Shown: piece after piece, positions 1-15,424 of the stretch | How positions within the stretch are numbered: position 1 is the stretch's first letter | How the letters are laid out: each line of letters opens with the position of its first letter | Source: Eledone cirrhosa | Lineage: Eukaryota | Direction: 5' to 3' | NCBI GenBank assembly: GCA_964016885.1 | Contig: OZ024744.1 | Location: 68,572,001-68,636,000, forward strand | DNA length: 64,000 bases | Program-made: the position numbers and the translations under genes | Notes under the pieces: model-generated | Told to the model about the DNA's origin: nothing | The model's input: only the letters and a program-made list of their open reading frames with translations | The model's database searches: none

Positions 1-412
1 AAGCTAAATTTTAAACATTTGACTTTTTATTTAACTTTATTTTACATTACTCTGGAGTAACCAAACCAACCTGCGCACTTCGTCGAGTGCTCCAGCCTGC
101 ATATTGAGGTGTTGGTATACAACCAACATATACTCAAAATCTATATATATATGTATATATCTCATAGATCGAGTTAGAAACTCAAAATAGTATTTTACAA
201 TTAAATAGCTCAAAGAAGGAAATCTTTCCGAGCCGTGTAATATAATTGAATATATGAGAGAGATGAACAGATACAAGTGTACATGTGTTCCAATTGCAAA
301 TGACCAAGTTAGCTAGGTTGAAAAAATACTAATTTAAAACAATATGGTTTGCCTGGCTCGAATTAAAGTAATAAATCAATAAAAATAACAAACCTATATC
401 GGGCAACAGCCT

Positions 413-485
<73 letters not shown>

Positions 486-488
<3 letters not shown>

Positions 489-875
489 TTATCCCGGGTT
501 CAATCGGGGGTAACCACAGTATGTAAGGTACTCAATACAAAGCTGAGTATAAATGTTTAATATAGAAAAGCTTCTACAGGACTAGAATTGTTTCATTCGT
601 GAGAAATCATCAGGAAGCTGACTGTCCAAGTAACTATGGTGGTATTTATATATTTGCTGGTGGTAGGAGAGGGTGGGGATTGGGAGGGGTGGAGGCCATT
701 GGTTGATGTGTTTAAAGAAAAGGGAATTCTTTAAAAGCTAATTCTTTAAAACTATAATTTATATTTAGAGTGACAAAGGCAGAAAGAATTCTATAAACAA
801 GTTCAAATTGGAGTGCCACTCCTTATTTTTAAGTTTCTCTTAAGCTAACAATGCCTATATTTCAGGTGTCTACAA
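486..875 (-). mobile_element. Penelope-like element 3' end/pseudo-LTR fragment with hammerhead
   Basis: Minus strand starts with a CRH..K-like ORF end, followed by a UTR carrying a hammerhead; abuts (TA)n 415-486; diverged homologue on + at ~57700-57950. Confidence 0.65.
569..619 (-). ncRNA. Type I hammerhead ribozyme
   Basis: agcttc-CTGATGA-tttc tcac gaat-GAAA-ca attctagtcc tg-TA-gaagct on minus strand. Confidence 0.8.
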
Positions 876-1129
876 TATATATATAGAAAACTATAAATTA
901 CAATATAGAACATAACGTTGGGGAAGTAACTCCAATAAGCTACAATGTCACCCTCCCCACTACGACTCCTAGTATCCCCACCTCCAACACCACTCTTACT
1001 ACAGGAACAGTTGAGAAAATTCTCTTACACCTGTCACAGCTGCAACCATAACATCACCTCAATCAACAACTGTAACAGTCATAACTATACTGTTGTTATA
1101 ATGGTAATAATGATTTCACTGCTGGCCAA

Positions 1130-3875
<2,746 letters not shown>

Positions 3876-3892
3876 TCTATTTTTTAAAATCT

Positions 3893-4152
3893 TAGTAGAA
3901 TCAAAGTCAGTGTTGCAGCATATATATAAATTTAATGGCATATTACAATTGTTTCGAATTTGATCAGCTCAGTGTACAATTAAAGTGACGAGGCCCGACT
4001 CTTCTTCGATATCTCGTCGGATATTGTGAGTTTATATGTGAAAAAATGGGTCGCGTCACTTTGATTGTAACCTGGGCTGATTGATATCGAAACGATTGTA
4101 ATATGCCATTAGCGGTTGTACATATGCTGCAGCACTGACTTCGATTCTACTT
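3893..4152. mobile_element. Fold-back mini-element with hammerhead (minus 3940-4024, CCGACGA core)
   Basis: Arms ~3893-3997 and ~4048-4152 are inverted; minus: atat-CCGACGA-long stem II-GAAA-caattg-TA-atat. Confidence 0.65.
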
Positions 4153-4258
<106 letters not shown>

Positions 4259-4580
4259 AAGAGAGAGAGAAAGAGAGAGAAAAGGTGACATTGGAAATAG
4301 CACGGAAAATATACTTACTGGTCCGTTTTTCTTTTTTTTCCTTTCTTTGATTCGTCAAACTTACATTATTGAAAAGATGACAATTCTTTTAAAAAAGAGT
4401 TTTATAATGTATATAAAGTCTATAAATCATCCACTTTTTAAAAAAACAAATAATACACAAAACGCCAGCACCAATAGTTTTGCAAGAGATGTCAACATGA
4501 ATGGACCTGTTATTTTTATCTAAAGACATTTATTCCAATTAACCCGCCTGTCCCCTCAGTCTATCTTATTTCTCATTCTT

Positions 4581-4616
4581 TCTTCTGATGAAGGACTAGC
4601 GTCCGAAACGTTAAGA
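4581..4616 (+). ncRNA. Minimal type I hammerhead ribozyme
   Basis: tctt-CTGATGA-a-ggac tagc gtcc-GAAA-CG-TT-aaga; loopless palindromic stem III. Confidence 0.8.
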
Positions 4617-4762
4617 CCCTTTTCCTGCTATATCAAGTGTCAACCTAATATATGCCTTCCATATACTGTACCGATTGTGTTGTTATTTCTGTTTACCTTT
4701 TACATATATATATATGTATATACACACATACATATATACATACATACATATATATGTATATA

Positions 4763-4798
<36 letters not shown>

Positions 4799-4830
4799 TG
4801 TATGTATGTATGTATGTATATATGTATGTG

Positions 4831-4920
<90 letters not shown>

Positions 4921-4923
<3 letters not shown>

Positions 4924-5186
4924 AAAAAAGATGAAATCGAAAATGCAACTGGAGTCTCTTTTTTTTTTAAATATATATTTATTTGGTTCCTTTACCGGTT
5001 TCGCAGTTCTTCTGCTTTTCAAAAGTAGAATTGAGATGGAGAGTTTGTGGTGAGAAAAATCACAGACCCTCCATCTCAATTCTACTTTTGAAAAGCAGAA
5101 GAACTGCGAAACCTGTAAAGGAACAAAATAAATATAATTTAAAAAAATGACTCCAGCTGCATTTTCGATTTCAGCTTTTTTCCTTA
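4921..5186. mobile_element. Fold-back mini-element, U3-A8 hammerhead in each arm (minus 4990-5025, plus 5085-5120)
   Basis: Inverted arms ~4921-5050/5064-5186; ctt-TTGAAAA-gcag aagaa ctgc-GAAA-ccgg(cctg)-TA-aag. Confidence 0.7.
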
Positions 5187-5382
5187 TACTTTCACTCGTG
5201 TAGGGCACCTCGGTTATTGTTCATTTCGTAAAACAAAAAAAATTTTAAAAAAAAACCTCACTTTCTAATATTTATATATATATAGTAAAAAAATTGAACG
5301 GGAACAAAACAGAGAGGCAGTACGAACAAAGGTTTATTAGTTTCACGCTCTTGAGAGTGGGGTGGTATATATATAGAGAGAG

Positions 5383-6660
5383 AGGAACGAGTAGGACCCC
5401 GACGGCTGAGCTCAAGCCGTTTCGACGGCTAATTCTAGACTAAATGAACATTTTTATCCTGGTATTTGAATAGCCGAGCTTCTCAAGGGGTAATTCCATA
5501 TATGGTAAAAGTGATTGTCACAAGGATTGGTCAAAAGTTTGTTGTGGAGACATAATAATTCTATGATGGCAATTTGTGGAGGGAAGGGGTAGCTGAACCT
5601 GCCAGTAGTAGAAAGAGGGAGAAGGGGTGGAGGAGACCCATTCATGCGTTGATAGTGCCGACTACAGCTGGGCATGAAGTCAAAGAGGATACTAGGGAGG
5701 GGGAGGGGGAGGAAGTCGAAACAATAAGTAGAACAATATGGGGGTAAATATATAGAAAAATACCGAGTGTTAAAAAGCAATTAAATGTAAAAAAAAAAAT
5801 AAATAAAAATAAACAATTTCTGGTTACTACGACCTTCGTACGAGCTTTTATGTCGCTTGCACTAGAACTTTTCTATCGTGGCGGCACCCTTAGAGATAGT
5901 ATTAGTATTCTTTTTCGGGACGCTGAATTATTATTTCGTATTAGTTTACTTTTTTGCACTGGGTGGTTGCTGGCCTTGTGCCTGGGATAGAAACCTTTAT
6001 TTATTATTTCGTGGTAGTTTCTTTAGTATTTTGGCCGCTCACTTGTTGACCCGTCACCGTAAGATATACTCGGTTTATTACTTATACCTCTTAAAAGGGT
6101 CTCATTATAATTCCGTCCCACCTAGTATACCTTTCTTTAGCCTAGCAGTACCAGTGAGAGATTTGGGTCGTAGTAACCAGAAATTGTTTATTTTTTTTTT
6201 TTTTACATTTAATTGCTTTTTAACACTCGGTATTTTTCAATATATTTACCCCATATTGTTCTACTTATTGTTTCGACTTCTTCCCCCTCCCCCTCCCTAG
6301 TATCTTCTTTGACCTCATGCCCAGCTGTAGTCGGCACTATCAACGCATGAATGGGTCTCCTCCACCCTTCTCCCTCTTTCTCCTACTGGCAGGTTCAGCT
6401 ACCCCTTCCCTCCACAAATTATTATGTCTCAACAACAAACTTTTGACCAATCCTTGTGACAATCACTTTTACCATATATGGAATTACCCCTTGAGAAGCT
6501 CGGCTATTCAAATACCAGGATAAAAATGTTCATTTAGTCTAGAATTAGCTGTCGAAACGGCTTGAACTCAGCCGTCGGGGTCCTACTCGTTCCTATTACC
6601 CACTCTACTACCCTAAGTATTGAGTACTTTGGTGCGTTATGGTCCACCTGGTTCCTTACC
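5383..6660. mobile_element. Penelope-type element with ~440-bp inverted arms, U3-A8 hammerhead in each (minus 5396-5491, plus 6486-6581)
   Basis: 5383-5835 is the reverse complement of ~6165-6595; acccc-TTGAGAA-long stem II-GAAA-cggct..agccg-TC-ggggt. Confidence 0.7.
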
Positions 6661-6672
6661 ACATTTCCTCCG

Positions 6673-6718
<46 letters not shown>

Positions 6719-6719
6719 A

Positions 6720-6980
6720 AAATTTTCGCTTTACATGGCTGAATACAATAAATGTAATCTGAGTTTTTCGAATATTAATAATAACATTCGATTCGTTGAC
6801 AATTATGCAAACAAGCCTCATTTTTATACCCATGTCTTGCTCTTGTATTGGCATGTAAACAGAACTGCAGACACACACTAGTGTTTCTGGGTATCACCCT
6901 TCATCAGTACAGCTCACTGTTCACCTGCCAAACTGTCAGAGCTAGTGAAAATATATGCTATTTTCTAAAATATACAGTGA
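6720..6980 (-). mobile_element. Hammerhead-bearing repeat (ribozyme 6862-6915); second copy at 53585-53955
   Basis: gagctgta-CTGATGA-a-gggt gat accc-a-GAAA-cactagtg-(TG)2-TC-tgcagttc. Confidence 0.7.
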
Positions 6981-7150
6981 CTGATCGGCCTGATTTGCAT
7001 ATTACCAGACTGGCTGATCATCAGATCTGCATATTAGCAGATCCACTGATCAGCCAGATTTGCATATCAGCAGACTGGCCAGTCAGTTTCCTGTATACGA
7101 GCGATAAATGGCCGGCTTTGCCAAAAAAAAAAAAAATTTCGTTCGCTCGC

Positions 7151-7219
<69 letters not shown>

Positions 7220-8149
7220 TAGATGTACGTGTGTATGTGTATGCGTGGATGTAAGTGTGAGAGTCTGGGAGAGAACGAGTGTATGTGATTGTGGGTTTTG
7301 AGCGGAGTGTATGTATCTGTGTGTATATAGTCCCTGTATGGGTGTAGGTGGGTGTGGATGGAAAAGATCGTTGGGGATGAGAGCAGATCGTGTGGAATCC
7401 TGAGGCGGTGTGGTATGGGGTGTAGGTGTATGTGAAGATGTGCACGTGTGTGTGTGTGTGTGTTTGTGTGGTTAAGAGAGGATGATGTGGGTTCGTGTGA
7501 AATGTATAGTTGCCTGTGTGCGGAAATGGTGCAAGTGCCTGTGTGTATCTAAGTCTCTGAATGGATGTCGGTGTGTGTGTATGTGGAAGGTAAAGTTCCG
7601 ATGGTGAAATCGTGTCGATATCCAATTGATAGATTCCTTCTGGTAGGGTCGAAAAAAATGGCGAGGTGGAAGTGGATTGTTATGGGGGCGCGCGCAACAG
7701 GTGTGTGGTCCAGATGGTCAAGTCAAAGGTGTGGGAGGAGCGGGTGGAGAGGGTGAGGATGGCGGGACAATGTGTGAGAGGTGGAGGGGAGGATGTGGAG
7801 CCGGCAGAACAGACTGGTGAGTGAGAGGCAGTAGTATTGCTCTCTGTGTAGGAGGGTGTTAATTTATTCTAGGTTTTATACACAGTATTCAAACTTTGCC
7901 TTTCATTCTTCTTGGTTCGATAATATTAATATTGAGATCGATACTATGGCTCCAACTCCTGGCCTTGTACCGAAATTAAAAACCATACATTAAATATCAA
8001 TACCTAGATAAGGTGAATAAGTAGTAATTAATTGATTCCCGAACATAATTGAGCAAATTAATTAAATTATACTTATAATTTTTTTTATTTCATGATTAAG
8101 TTTGTAAATAAAAATAAGCTGTAATCGACGAAAAGATAAACGTAACTGG

Positions 8150-8670
8150 TTTGAAAAGAAACGTTATATTTATTGTCCTTTATGTTCTGAGTTCAAATCC
8201 CGCCAGGGTTAGCTTTGACTTTCATCCTTGCGGGCCCGATAAAATAAAGCACCAGTAATAAATAAAGTACACTGGGGTCGATTTAATCGACTTTCCCCTC
8301 TCCCCAAATTACTGGCTTTCTGCCTATAGTAGAAATCATTTATTGTTTAAACTTCAACTTACGAACATTTCCACTAAAAAGAATACTCTATACAATAGAT
8401 AGAGTCGTAGGAGCGCCGTATACATATACAGCGTTTCTTGCGTATTTTAAGCCCGGAGGAGCCCATCTCTCTCCTGGCCTGAGTACAGCAGATTTCTTCC
8501 AGAGAGAGAGGAAGAATCGATCCCAGTACTAGACTGGTTCTTTTTTGTCGATCTTGAAAGGATGAAAGGCAAGGTTTGAATTCGGCGGGATTTAAACTCC
8601 GAGAGCAGAGAGCCGGTACGAATACGATAAAGCCTTCTATCCGACGTTCTAACGACTCTGCCAATTCGCC
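8150..8670. mobile_element. Two diverged tRNA-derived SINE copies (plus ~8150-8345, minus ~8500-8670)
   Basis: B-box GAGTTCAAATCC / GAGTTTAAATCC and shared ctttcatcctt..gataaaataaag body. Confidence 0.7.
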
Positions 8671-9059
8671 ACCTTACACTATACAATTATCGTTTTTAAA
8701 ATTCGTTATAAATCAATTGATAATAAATAAAATTTATGAAAAGAAAAATCAAAACCTTGTATGGAAAATTAAATGAACTGGAAAAAATACACTATACTAA
8801 AATACGTTAGAATCCTATGATCTATAATTTTATTAACGTAACAAATCCATTTCTTAACTAGAGATAAAAAAAAAATTAATGAATAGATTTGGAACCAAAT
8901 TATCTATTTCAATAAAATCTCATTTTGAAATTATATTGATTAACGATTAGATTTATCACAAATAAAACTGCGGAGTTATAATTAGACAACATGATGCCAT
9001 TTACACTAACTAGAAAGCTTTAAAATTAAAGTTATTTTAATAAATGATTTATTATTAGA

Positions 9060-10765
9060 CATGACATGCTTTGTGACATAGAGTTACGGCCCTTTACGTT
9101 CTTAGTTCAAATCCCGTCGATGTCAGCTTTGCCTTTCATCCTTACGGGATCGACAAAATAGTAGCAGTAAAACACTGGGGTCGATTTGATCAACTCCCCC
9201 TTCAAATTATTGCCCTTGGGCTTAAATCAGAAACCATTGTTATTGTATTGGCAGTATCGGTAGAGGGTCTGACGCCATGCTTTGACGCATAGAGTTACAG
9301 CCCTTGCCATTCTGAGTTCAAATCCCGCCGAGGTTAACTTTGCCTTTCATCCTTACGGGGTCGATAAAATAAAGTACCAGTAATGTTCTGGGTAATTGCT
9401 GGCCTTGTGCCAAAAGTAGAAACAATTATCATTGTGATGGATTGGCAGTAGCGGTAGAGCATCGGACAACATGATTTATGGCACAGAGTTACGACCCTTT
9501 ACAATCTGAGTTCAAATCCTGCCGAAATCAACTTTGCCTTTCATCCTGACGGGGTCGATAAAATAAGGTAGCAGTAATGTACTGGGGTCGATTTAATCGA
9601 CTTTCACCTCCACTTCAAATTGTTGGCCTTGCGCCTAAATCAGAAACCATTATTAAACTAGGGTGTAGATTGGCAAAATCGGTAGAACATCGGACACCAT
9701 GCTTTGCTGCATACAGTTACGTCCCTTTACGTTCTGAGTTCAAATCCCGTCGAGGTTAGTTTCTTTACAGTGTCGATAAAATAAAGTACCAGTAACACAC
9801 TGGGTTCGATTTAATCGACTTATCCCTTCCCTAAAATTGCTGGCCTTGTGCCTATATATGAAACCATCGGTGGATTGGCAGTATCAGTAGAGGGTCGGAC
9901 GTCATGCTTTGCAGCACAGTTACGTCCCTTTACGGTCTGAGTTCAAATCAGGCCGAGGTTAACTTTGCCTTTCATCCTTATGGAGCCGATAAAATAAAGT
10001 ACCAGTAATACATTGGGATAATTGCTGGCCTTGTGCCAAAAGTAAAAAATAATTATTATCATTATTGGTAGTGGCGGGGGTAGTGGATTGGCAGTATCGG
10101 TGGAGGGTCGGACGCCATGATTTCTAACATAGTTACGTCCCTTTATGGTCTGAGTTCAAATACTGTCGAGGTTAACTTTGCCTTTCGTCCTTACGGGGTC
10201 GATAAAATAAAGTATCGGTAACACACTGGGGTCGATTTAATCGACTTACCCCTCCCCTAAAATTGCTGGCCTTGTGTTTATATATGAAACCATTATTATC
10301 ATTATTAGGCGGGGGATTGGCAAAGAGCGGGGGATTGACAGTATCGGTAGAGGGTTGAACGCCATGCTTTGCAGCATAGAGTTACGCCCCTTTATTGTGT
10401 GAGTTCAAATGCCGCTGTGGTTAACTTTGCCTTTCATCCTTACAGAGTCGATAAAATAAAGTACCAGTAATACACTGGGATAATTGCTGGTCTTGTGCCA
10501 AAAGTAAAAATAATTATTATCATTATTGGTGGTGGCGGGGGTAGTGGATTGGCAGTATCGGTAGAGCGCCGGACACCCTGCTTTGCAGCGTAGAGTTACG
10601 GCTCTTTACGTTCTGAGTTCAAATCCCGTCGAGGTTAGCTTTGCCTTTTATCCTTACCGTGTCGATAAAACAAAGTACTAGTAATACACTGGGCGGGGCG
10701 ATTTTATCGACTTATCCTTCCCACAAAATTGCTGGCCTTGTGCCTATAGTAGAATTCATTATTAA
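9060..10765 (+). mobile_element. Head-to-tail cluster of ~8 tRNA-derived SINEs (Nin/Deu-like central domain)
   Basis: A-box TGGCAGTATCGG, B-box GAGTTCAAATCC, body gcctttcatccttacggggtcgataaaataaagtaccagt, (ATT)n tails. Confidence 0.88.
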
Positions 10766-11089
10766 ACAGAAATACTAATAAAATCTTTTATTGTTTTATT
10801 CATTTACTGGTTTCAGTAATTGGATTGCAGCCATGACTTAGCAGTGCCTACAACTAATTTTGTCGATCATATCGAGTTTCATAATTACTTTTCAAGTTTG
10901 GTAATTATTTTATTGATCTCTATCGTCGAACCAGTAATTCATGGGTCATAAACAAACAATATACGTATATAAATAAAGAGACAGACAGACAGATATAATC
11001 TCTTTCTCTCTTTGTCTCTCTCTCTCTGACATACACACATATACACATACACACATATCTACCTATCTATCTATCTATCAACTGATTCT

Positions 11090-11428
11090 TTTTTTCAAAT
11101 ACCACTTTGGAAGAACAATCAGGATGGCGAAAGAGGTGCTGTACCCCAGTAAGTTTTATGAAATGTGGGTGAAAGTGGCGAGAATGTAGGTTGAGGAAAA
11201 AGAGAAAGAGAGGAAAGGGGGTACTCACTCTTCGTACTCCTGGAGATGAGGGTTGCACATTTTTTCGGGGGTATGTGTTACCCATATGAAATGTCTCCCC
11301 CTATTGGGGAAAATAGATTAATTTTTAAATTGTATTTGTCATAGTACTTTACACGTTTTTATTGTATATAAACTTCCCCCTTTGTATTAGTCCCCTTCTT
11401 TTGTGCCCCTGTGGCTAATAAAGAAACA
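11090..11428 (+). mobile_element. Tx1/L1-like LINE 3' end fragment
   Basis: IRMAKEVLYPSKFYEMWVKVA resembles the end of the 20870-21900 fragment; ends cccctgtggctaataaagaaa. Confidence 0.55.
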
Positions 11429-11584
11429 TATCTATCTATCTATCTACCTATATATACACACACCCACACACCCACATACACCCACACCCACACACACACA
11501 CATATATATATAAATATATATATACATGATGGCTACCCCCCCCCTCGTTATCGAGTATGGTCATCCAATTAACATACATACATA

Positions 11585-12200
11585 CATGGTGGCTGCCAAC
11601 TCGTTTTCGAGTACGGCCACTACTTTATATCCATGTAGGAGAAACCCTACCGATGCGCTGAACGAGTGTGACTTTTTAGTCCAGCCAGCAACTTGAAAAC
11701 TCTGGTACAAACACTACACTTGTGACAATTATTGACACACAGTGCTGGCCCATGGTACCATGTGATGACAAGTGCAGAGAGATCTCCAGATATAAAGCAA
11801 TGCCTGTGCTGTGAAGCTTTTATAGTGAGCAAAGGTACTGCACAAAGCCAGTCCCACTCTCTTAACCAAGATGATATTTACCAAAAAGTAGAACAAGTCA
11901 ACATCATTGGATACCATCAGGGTTGCAGGTGTTATATCAGGGTTTTCCTTCTCCTAGAATTCTGCCTTGACAGAGGCTAAGGGGTCATCTCTCCCGGTGA
12001 TTTTGGATGGCCATTGACTCTTAAGAGCTCCTTTGCCCTTTGACAGGTTTTGTTTTTAGTCCTGCAGGATGTCCAAAGTCACCCTCCTCACCAAGAAACC
12101 TTGGTGGGGTTGCCAGTTTAGTCGCCAACGACCCGACCATGAGACAGGTTGTACTGGAATACATGTTACCAGTAGCACCAACTGGTGACCTGACAAACCC
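11585..12200 (-). mobile_element. Internally deleted RTE-like element (5'UTR-like part joined to 3' end)
   Basis: HKCSVCTRVFKLLAGLKSHTRSAHR C2H2-like terminus, ctcg-loop-cgag 3' hairpin, (TATG)n tail; upstream ggagaaggaaaaccctg motif resembling RTE 5'UTRs. Confidence 0.55.
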
Positions 12201-12396
12201 ACACCCACACACACACATATATATAAATATATATATACATGATGGCTTCCCCCTCGTTATCGAGTATGGTCATCCAATTAACATACATACATACATACAT
12301 ACATGCATACATACATACATACAATACATACATACATACATACATACATACATACATACATACATACATACATACATACATACATACATACATACA

Positions 12397-12430
<34 letters not shown>

Positions 12431-12579
12431 AATACATACATACATATATAAATGTATATATAACATTTATATGTAGGATTATTATTTTTATTTATTTTTA
12501 CGAACCGGTTTCTCTTGTTGCCTTCTTTTCACCAATCATATATCATATATTTATAAATATAATCATTCACTAACTAATA

Positions 12580-13130
12580 ATTGTTTCTACTTTTGGCACA
12601 AGGCCAGCAATAACCCAGTGCATTACTGGTACTTTATTTTAACGACCCCGTAAGGATAAAAGGTAAAGTTAACCTCGGCGGGATTTGAACGCAGAACGTA
12701 AATGGCAGTAACTCTCTGCTGCAAAGCACGGTGTCTGACGCTCTACCGATACTGCCTATCCACCACATACCGTGTACAATATATTTGTTTCTACTTTTCG
12801 CACAAGGCCAGCAATTACCCCATTGCATTACTGTTACATTATTTTATCGACCCCGTAAGCATGAAAAGCAAAGTTAACCTCGGCGGGATTTGAACCCAGA
12901 CCATAAAGGGCCGTAACTCTGTGTCGGAATGCATGATGATTCACAAACTAATAATTGTTTCTACTTTTGGTAAGAGGCCAGCAATTACTCCAGTGTATAA
13001 CTGGTACTTTATTTTATCGACCCCGTAAGGATGAAAGGTAAAGTTAACCTCGGCGGGATTTGAACTCAGCCAGTAAAGGGTCATAACTATGTGTCGGAAT
13101 GCACGATGATTCACTAACTAATACTATTGC
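12580..13130 (-). mobile_element. Three SINE copies (same family as 9060-10765)
   Basis: Reverse complement of SINE body; two copies 5'-truncated at the same point. Confidence 0.85.
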
Positions 13131-13719
13131 TATGTCATTAGCCTGAAATTCGCTTTAGAAAACCACTTATCACTCAAGAGATTCTTATATGAGAGATTTT
13201 TTATTCCGTTAATTTTTTTAATTTTTTTTTTACGTCATGTTGAAAGAAGGATGAGAGCTGCGAACATCGATCGAGTTAATGAATTTATTCAGAGTATGCG
13301 CCCGTTGGAAGGAATACGATAGCTGAGCGAGAGTACTAGCCTTTTGGTGGTCAGGATGAACAAAGTTTCAAGCTCTCTTGATTGACCTTAGATAGTTGTC
13401 CTCCCTTTTTAAGTTTGTTTCATTGTAATTTTTATCCATTGTCTTCGTTATTCTAATTTTCCATCACTACATGTACCACCCTTCTATACACAATGTGTAT
13501 GCATCTTGGTCTTGTACCGTTCTAATTATCTTTGTGTTCTTGTGCCTAAATAAACCATGATTTGCCGCATAAAGTTATAGCCAAGGTTAGCTTATGGGGT
13601 AGATAAAATAAAGCATCAGATTTAATCGACTTCCGCCTCCTCCGAATTGCTGGCCTTGTGTCTATAGTAGAAATCATTATTATTATTATTATGAATTTGA
13701 TATCTCAGTCATTGATGAT

Positions 13720-14385
13720 AAACGGAAAATTTGCCGAAATGAACATAAAGCTGCAGCCTCAGATATTCAGGATGTATCGGATGATCCGTGTTATTCCCAC
13801 TAGGCATGTATTTTGATTTGTTTAAAAAAAAGGAGGTGGGCTATTATTCTTTTACCAGCATTTGAAACTCAGCGAGATAATACCTAGTGCTCCTACGGCG
13901 ATGGAGATGACCTTGACCTCATGACAGTCCCAAATCATTTTCAGTTCCCACTTTAGTTCCTAATACAGTTTAATTTCCTTCTTCTCCTTTTCTTCTACTC
14001 TTGTGTCAAAGGGGCAAGCTACATCTATAATCAGGCAAGATATTTTGTACTTGTCAAAAATCACCATGTCAGGCCTATTGTGTTCTAATTCTTTGTCTGT
14101 TTGTATCCTGAAATCCCACAACACCTTCACCCTATCGTTTTCTATCACTGACTCTGGCTTATGCGTATACCTTTTCTCAGAGTGGGGTAAATTATTCGGT
14201 TTGAATAAATACTAGTGGATAACTTTTCCTATCATATCATGCCTCCATCCTTTATAGTGTGTTTGGGCTAGGTCTTTACACACGAATACAATGTGAGCCA
14301 CAGTTTCTTCTCTCAACACAGTTTCTACAGAGTGAGCGAGCCTCCCCTTTGTCGATATGATGTTTCATTCTCTTCGTTCTAAACG
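13720..14385 (-). mobile_element. R4/Dong-like LINE 3' fragment (CCHC + REL)
   Basis: EETVAHIV, RHD, LWDFRIQTD..LEHNRPDMV, IIDVACPFD. Confidence 0.85.
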
Positions 14386-14544
14386 AGAAATCTAGTAAAA
14401 ATAATAATAATTGTTTCTACTTTTGGCACAAGGCCAGCAACTACACAGTGCATTACTGGTACTTTATTTTATCGATCTCGTAAGGATGAAAAGCAAAGTT
14501 AACCTCGGCGGGATTTGAACTCAGAATGGCAAGGGCCGTAACTC

Positions 14545-14980
14545 TCTACCCACCGTATGTTTCATAAGATGGGTGATGTTTATAGTGTCCTTAATGAGGT
14601 CTGGAAATATGTGTAGAGAGTAAGGAGCTAATGCTTAAGGCTGTATTGAAGGCGGAGACAATAGACGAGGGGTGTCGAAGAAAGAAATAACAACCTGAAT
14701 GAAAAAAAGCCAGTAACATTCAGCCTGTAGCATTCTTAAGGTCCCCTTTCTTTCACCAGTCCCATGTCGGCAGATCTATGAATTCTGTTTTCTTCAAAAA
14801 GATGTTATGAAGGTTTTATTTTCATTCAGGTTGCTATTTCTTTCTACGACACCCCTCGTTTATTATCTCCGCCTTCAATACAGCTTTAAGCATTAGCTCC
14901 TTACTCTCTACACATATTTCCAGACCTCATTAAGGACACTATAAACATCACCCATCTTATGAAACATACGGTGGGTAGTC
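14545..14980. mobile_element. Fold-back element with ~160-bp inverted arms, probably Penelope-derived
   Basis: 14545-14705 is the reverse complement of 14818-14978; GAAAC near the arm end but no clean hammerhead core. Confidence 0.55.
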
Positions 14981-15423
14981 ATTATTATTATTTTTTAATG
15001 GGCTTTCCCCCACGAGTGTCCCTCGTAAGTCTCGCTCCTATTGGGGAATATTCCTTTGTTTCTTTTTTTTGTCATTTTCTTTGTTTTTTTTCTTTACACG
15101 CAGAAATGCCTATTTGTACTGTCCTGTACCGTCCTGTGCTGTCGTTAATGTTATATTTTATGTCAACCCTTGTGGTTAATAAAGAAAACATTTTTTTTTT
15201 CTTATATGAATAATTGTTTCTAATTTAGGCACAAGGCCAGCAATTACCCAGTGTATTACTGGTACGTTATTTTAGCGACCCCGTAAGGATGAAAGGCAAA
15301 GTCAACCTCGGCGGAATATAAATAATAACAATCTTTACACGCACAAAACCCACATCATCCTGTACCGTCCTGTGCCGTCTGTAATGTTTTTCTTGATGTC
15401 AGCCCTTGTGCACAATAAAGAAA

Positions 15424-15424
<1 letters not shown>

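Noticed and set aside
4652-5208. ORFs of YIYI, CVCV, HTHT, LSLS and poly-amino-acid type here and throughout
   Set aside because: Translations of microsatellites with no coding signal
7230-7860. Possible Penelope GIY-YIG tail on the minus strand
   Set aside because: Only a vague motif resemblance within GT-rich low-complexity sequence
9248-9330. tRNA gene
   Set aside because: A/B boxes belong to SINE heads; no cloverleaf, and many copies continue into the SINE body
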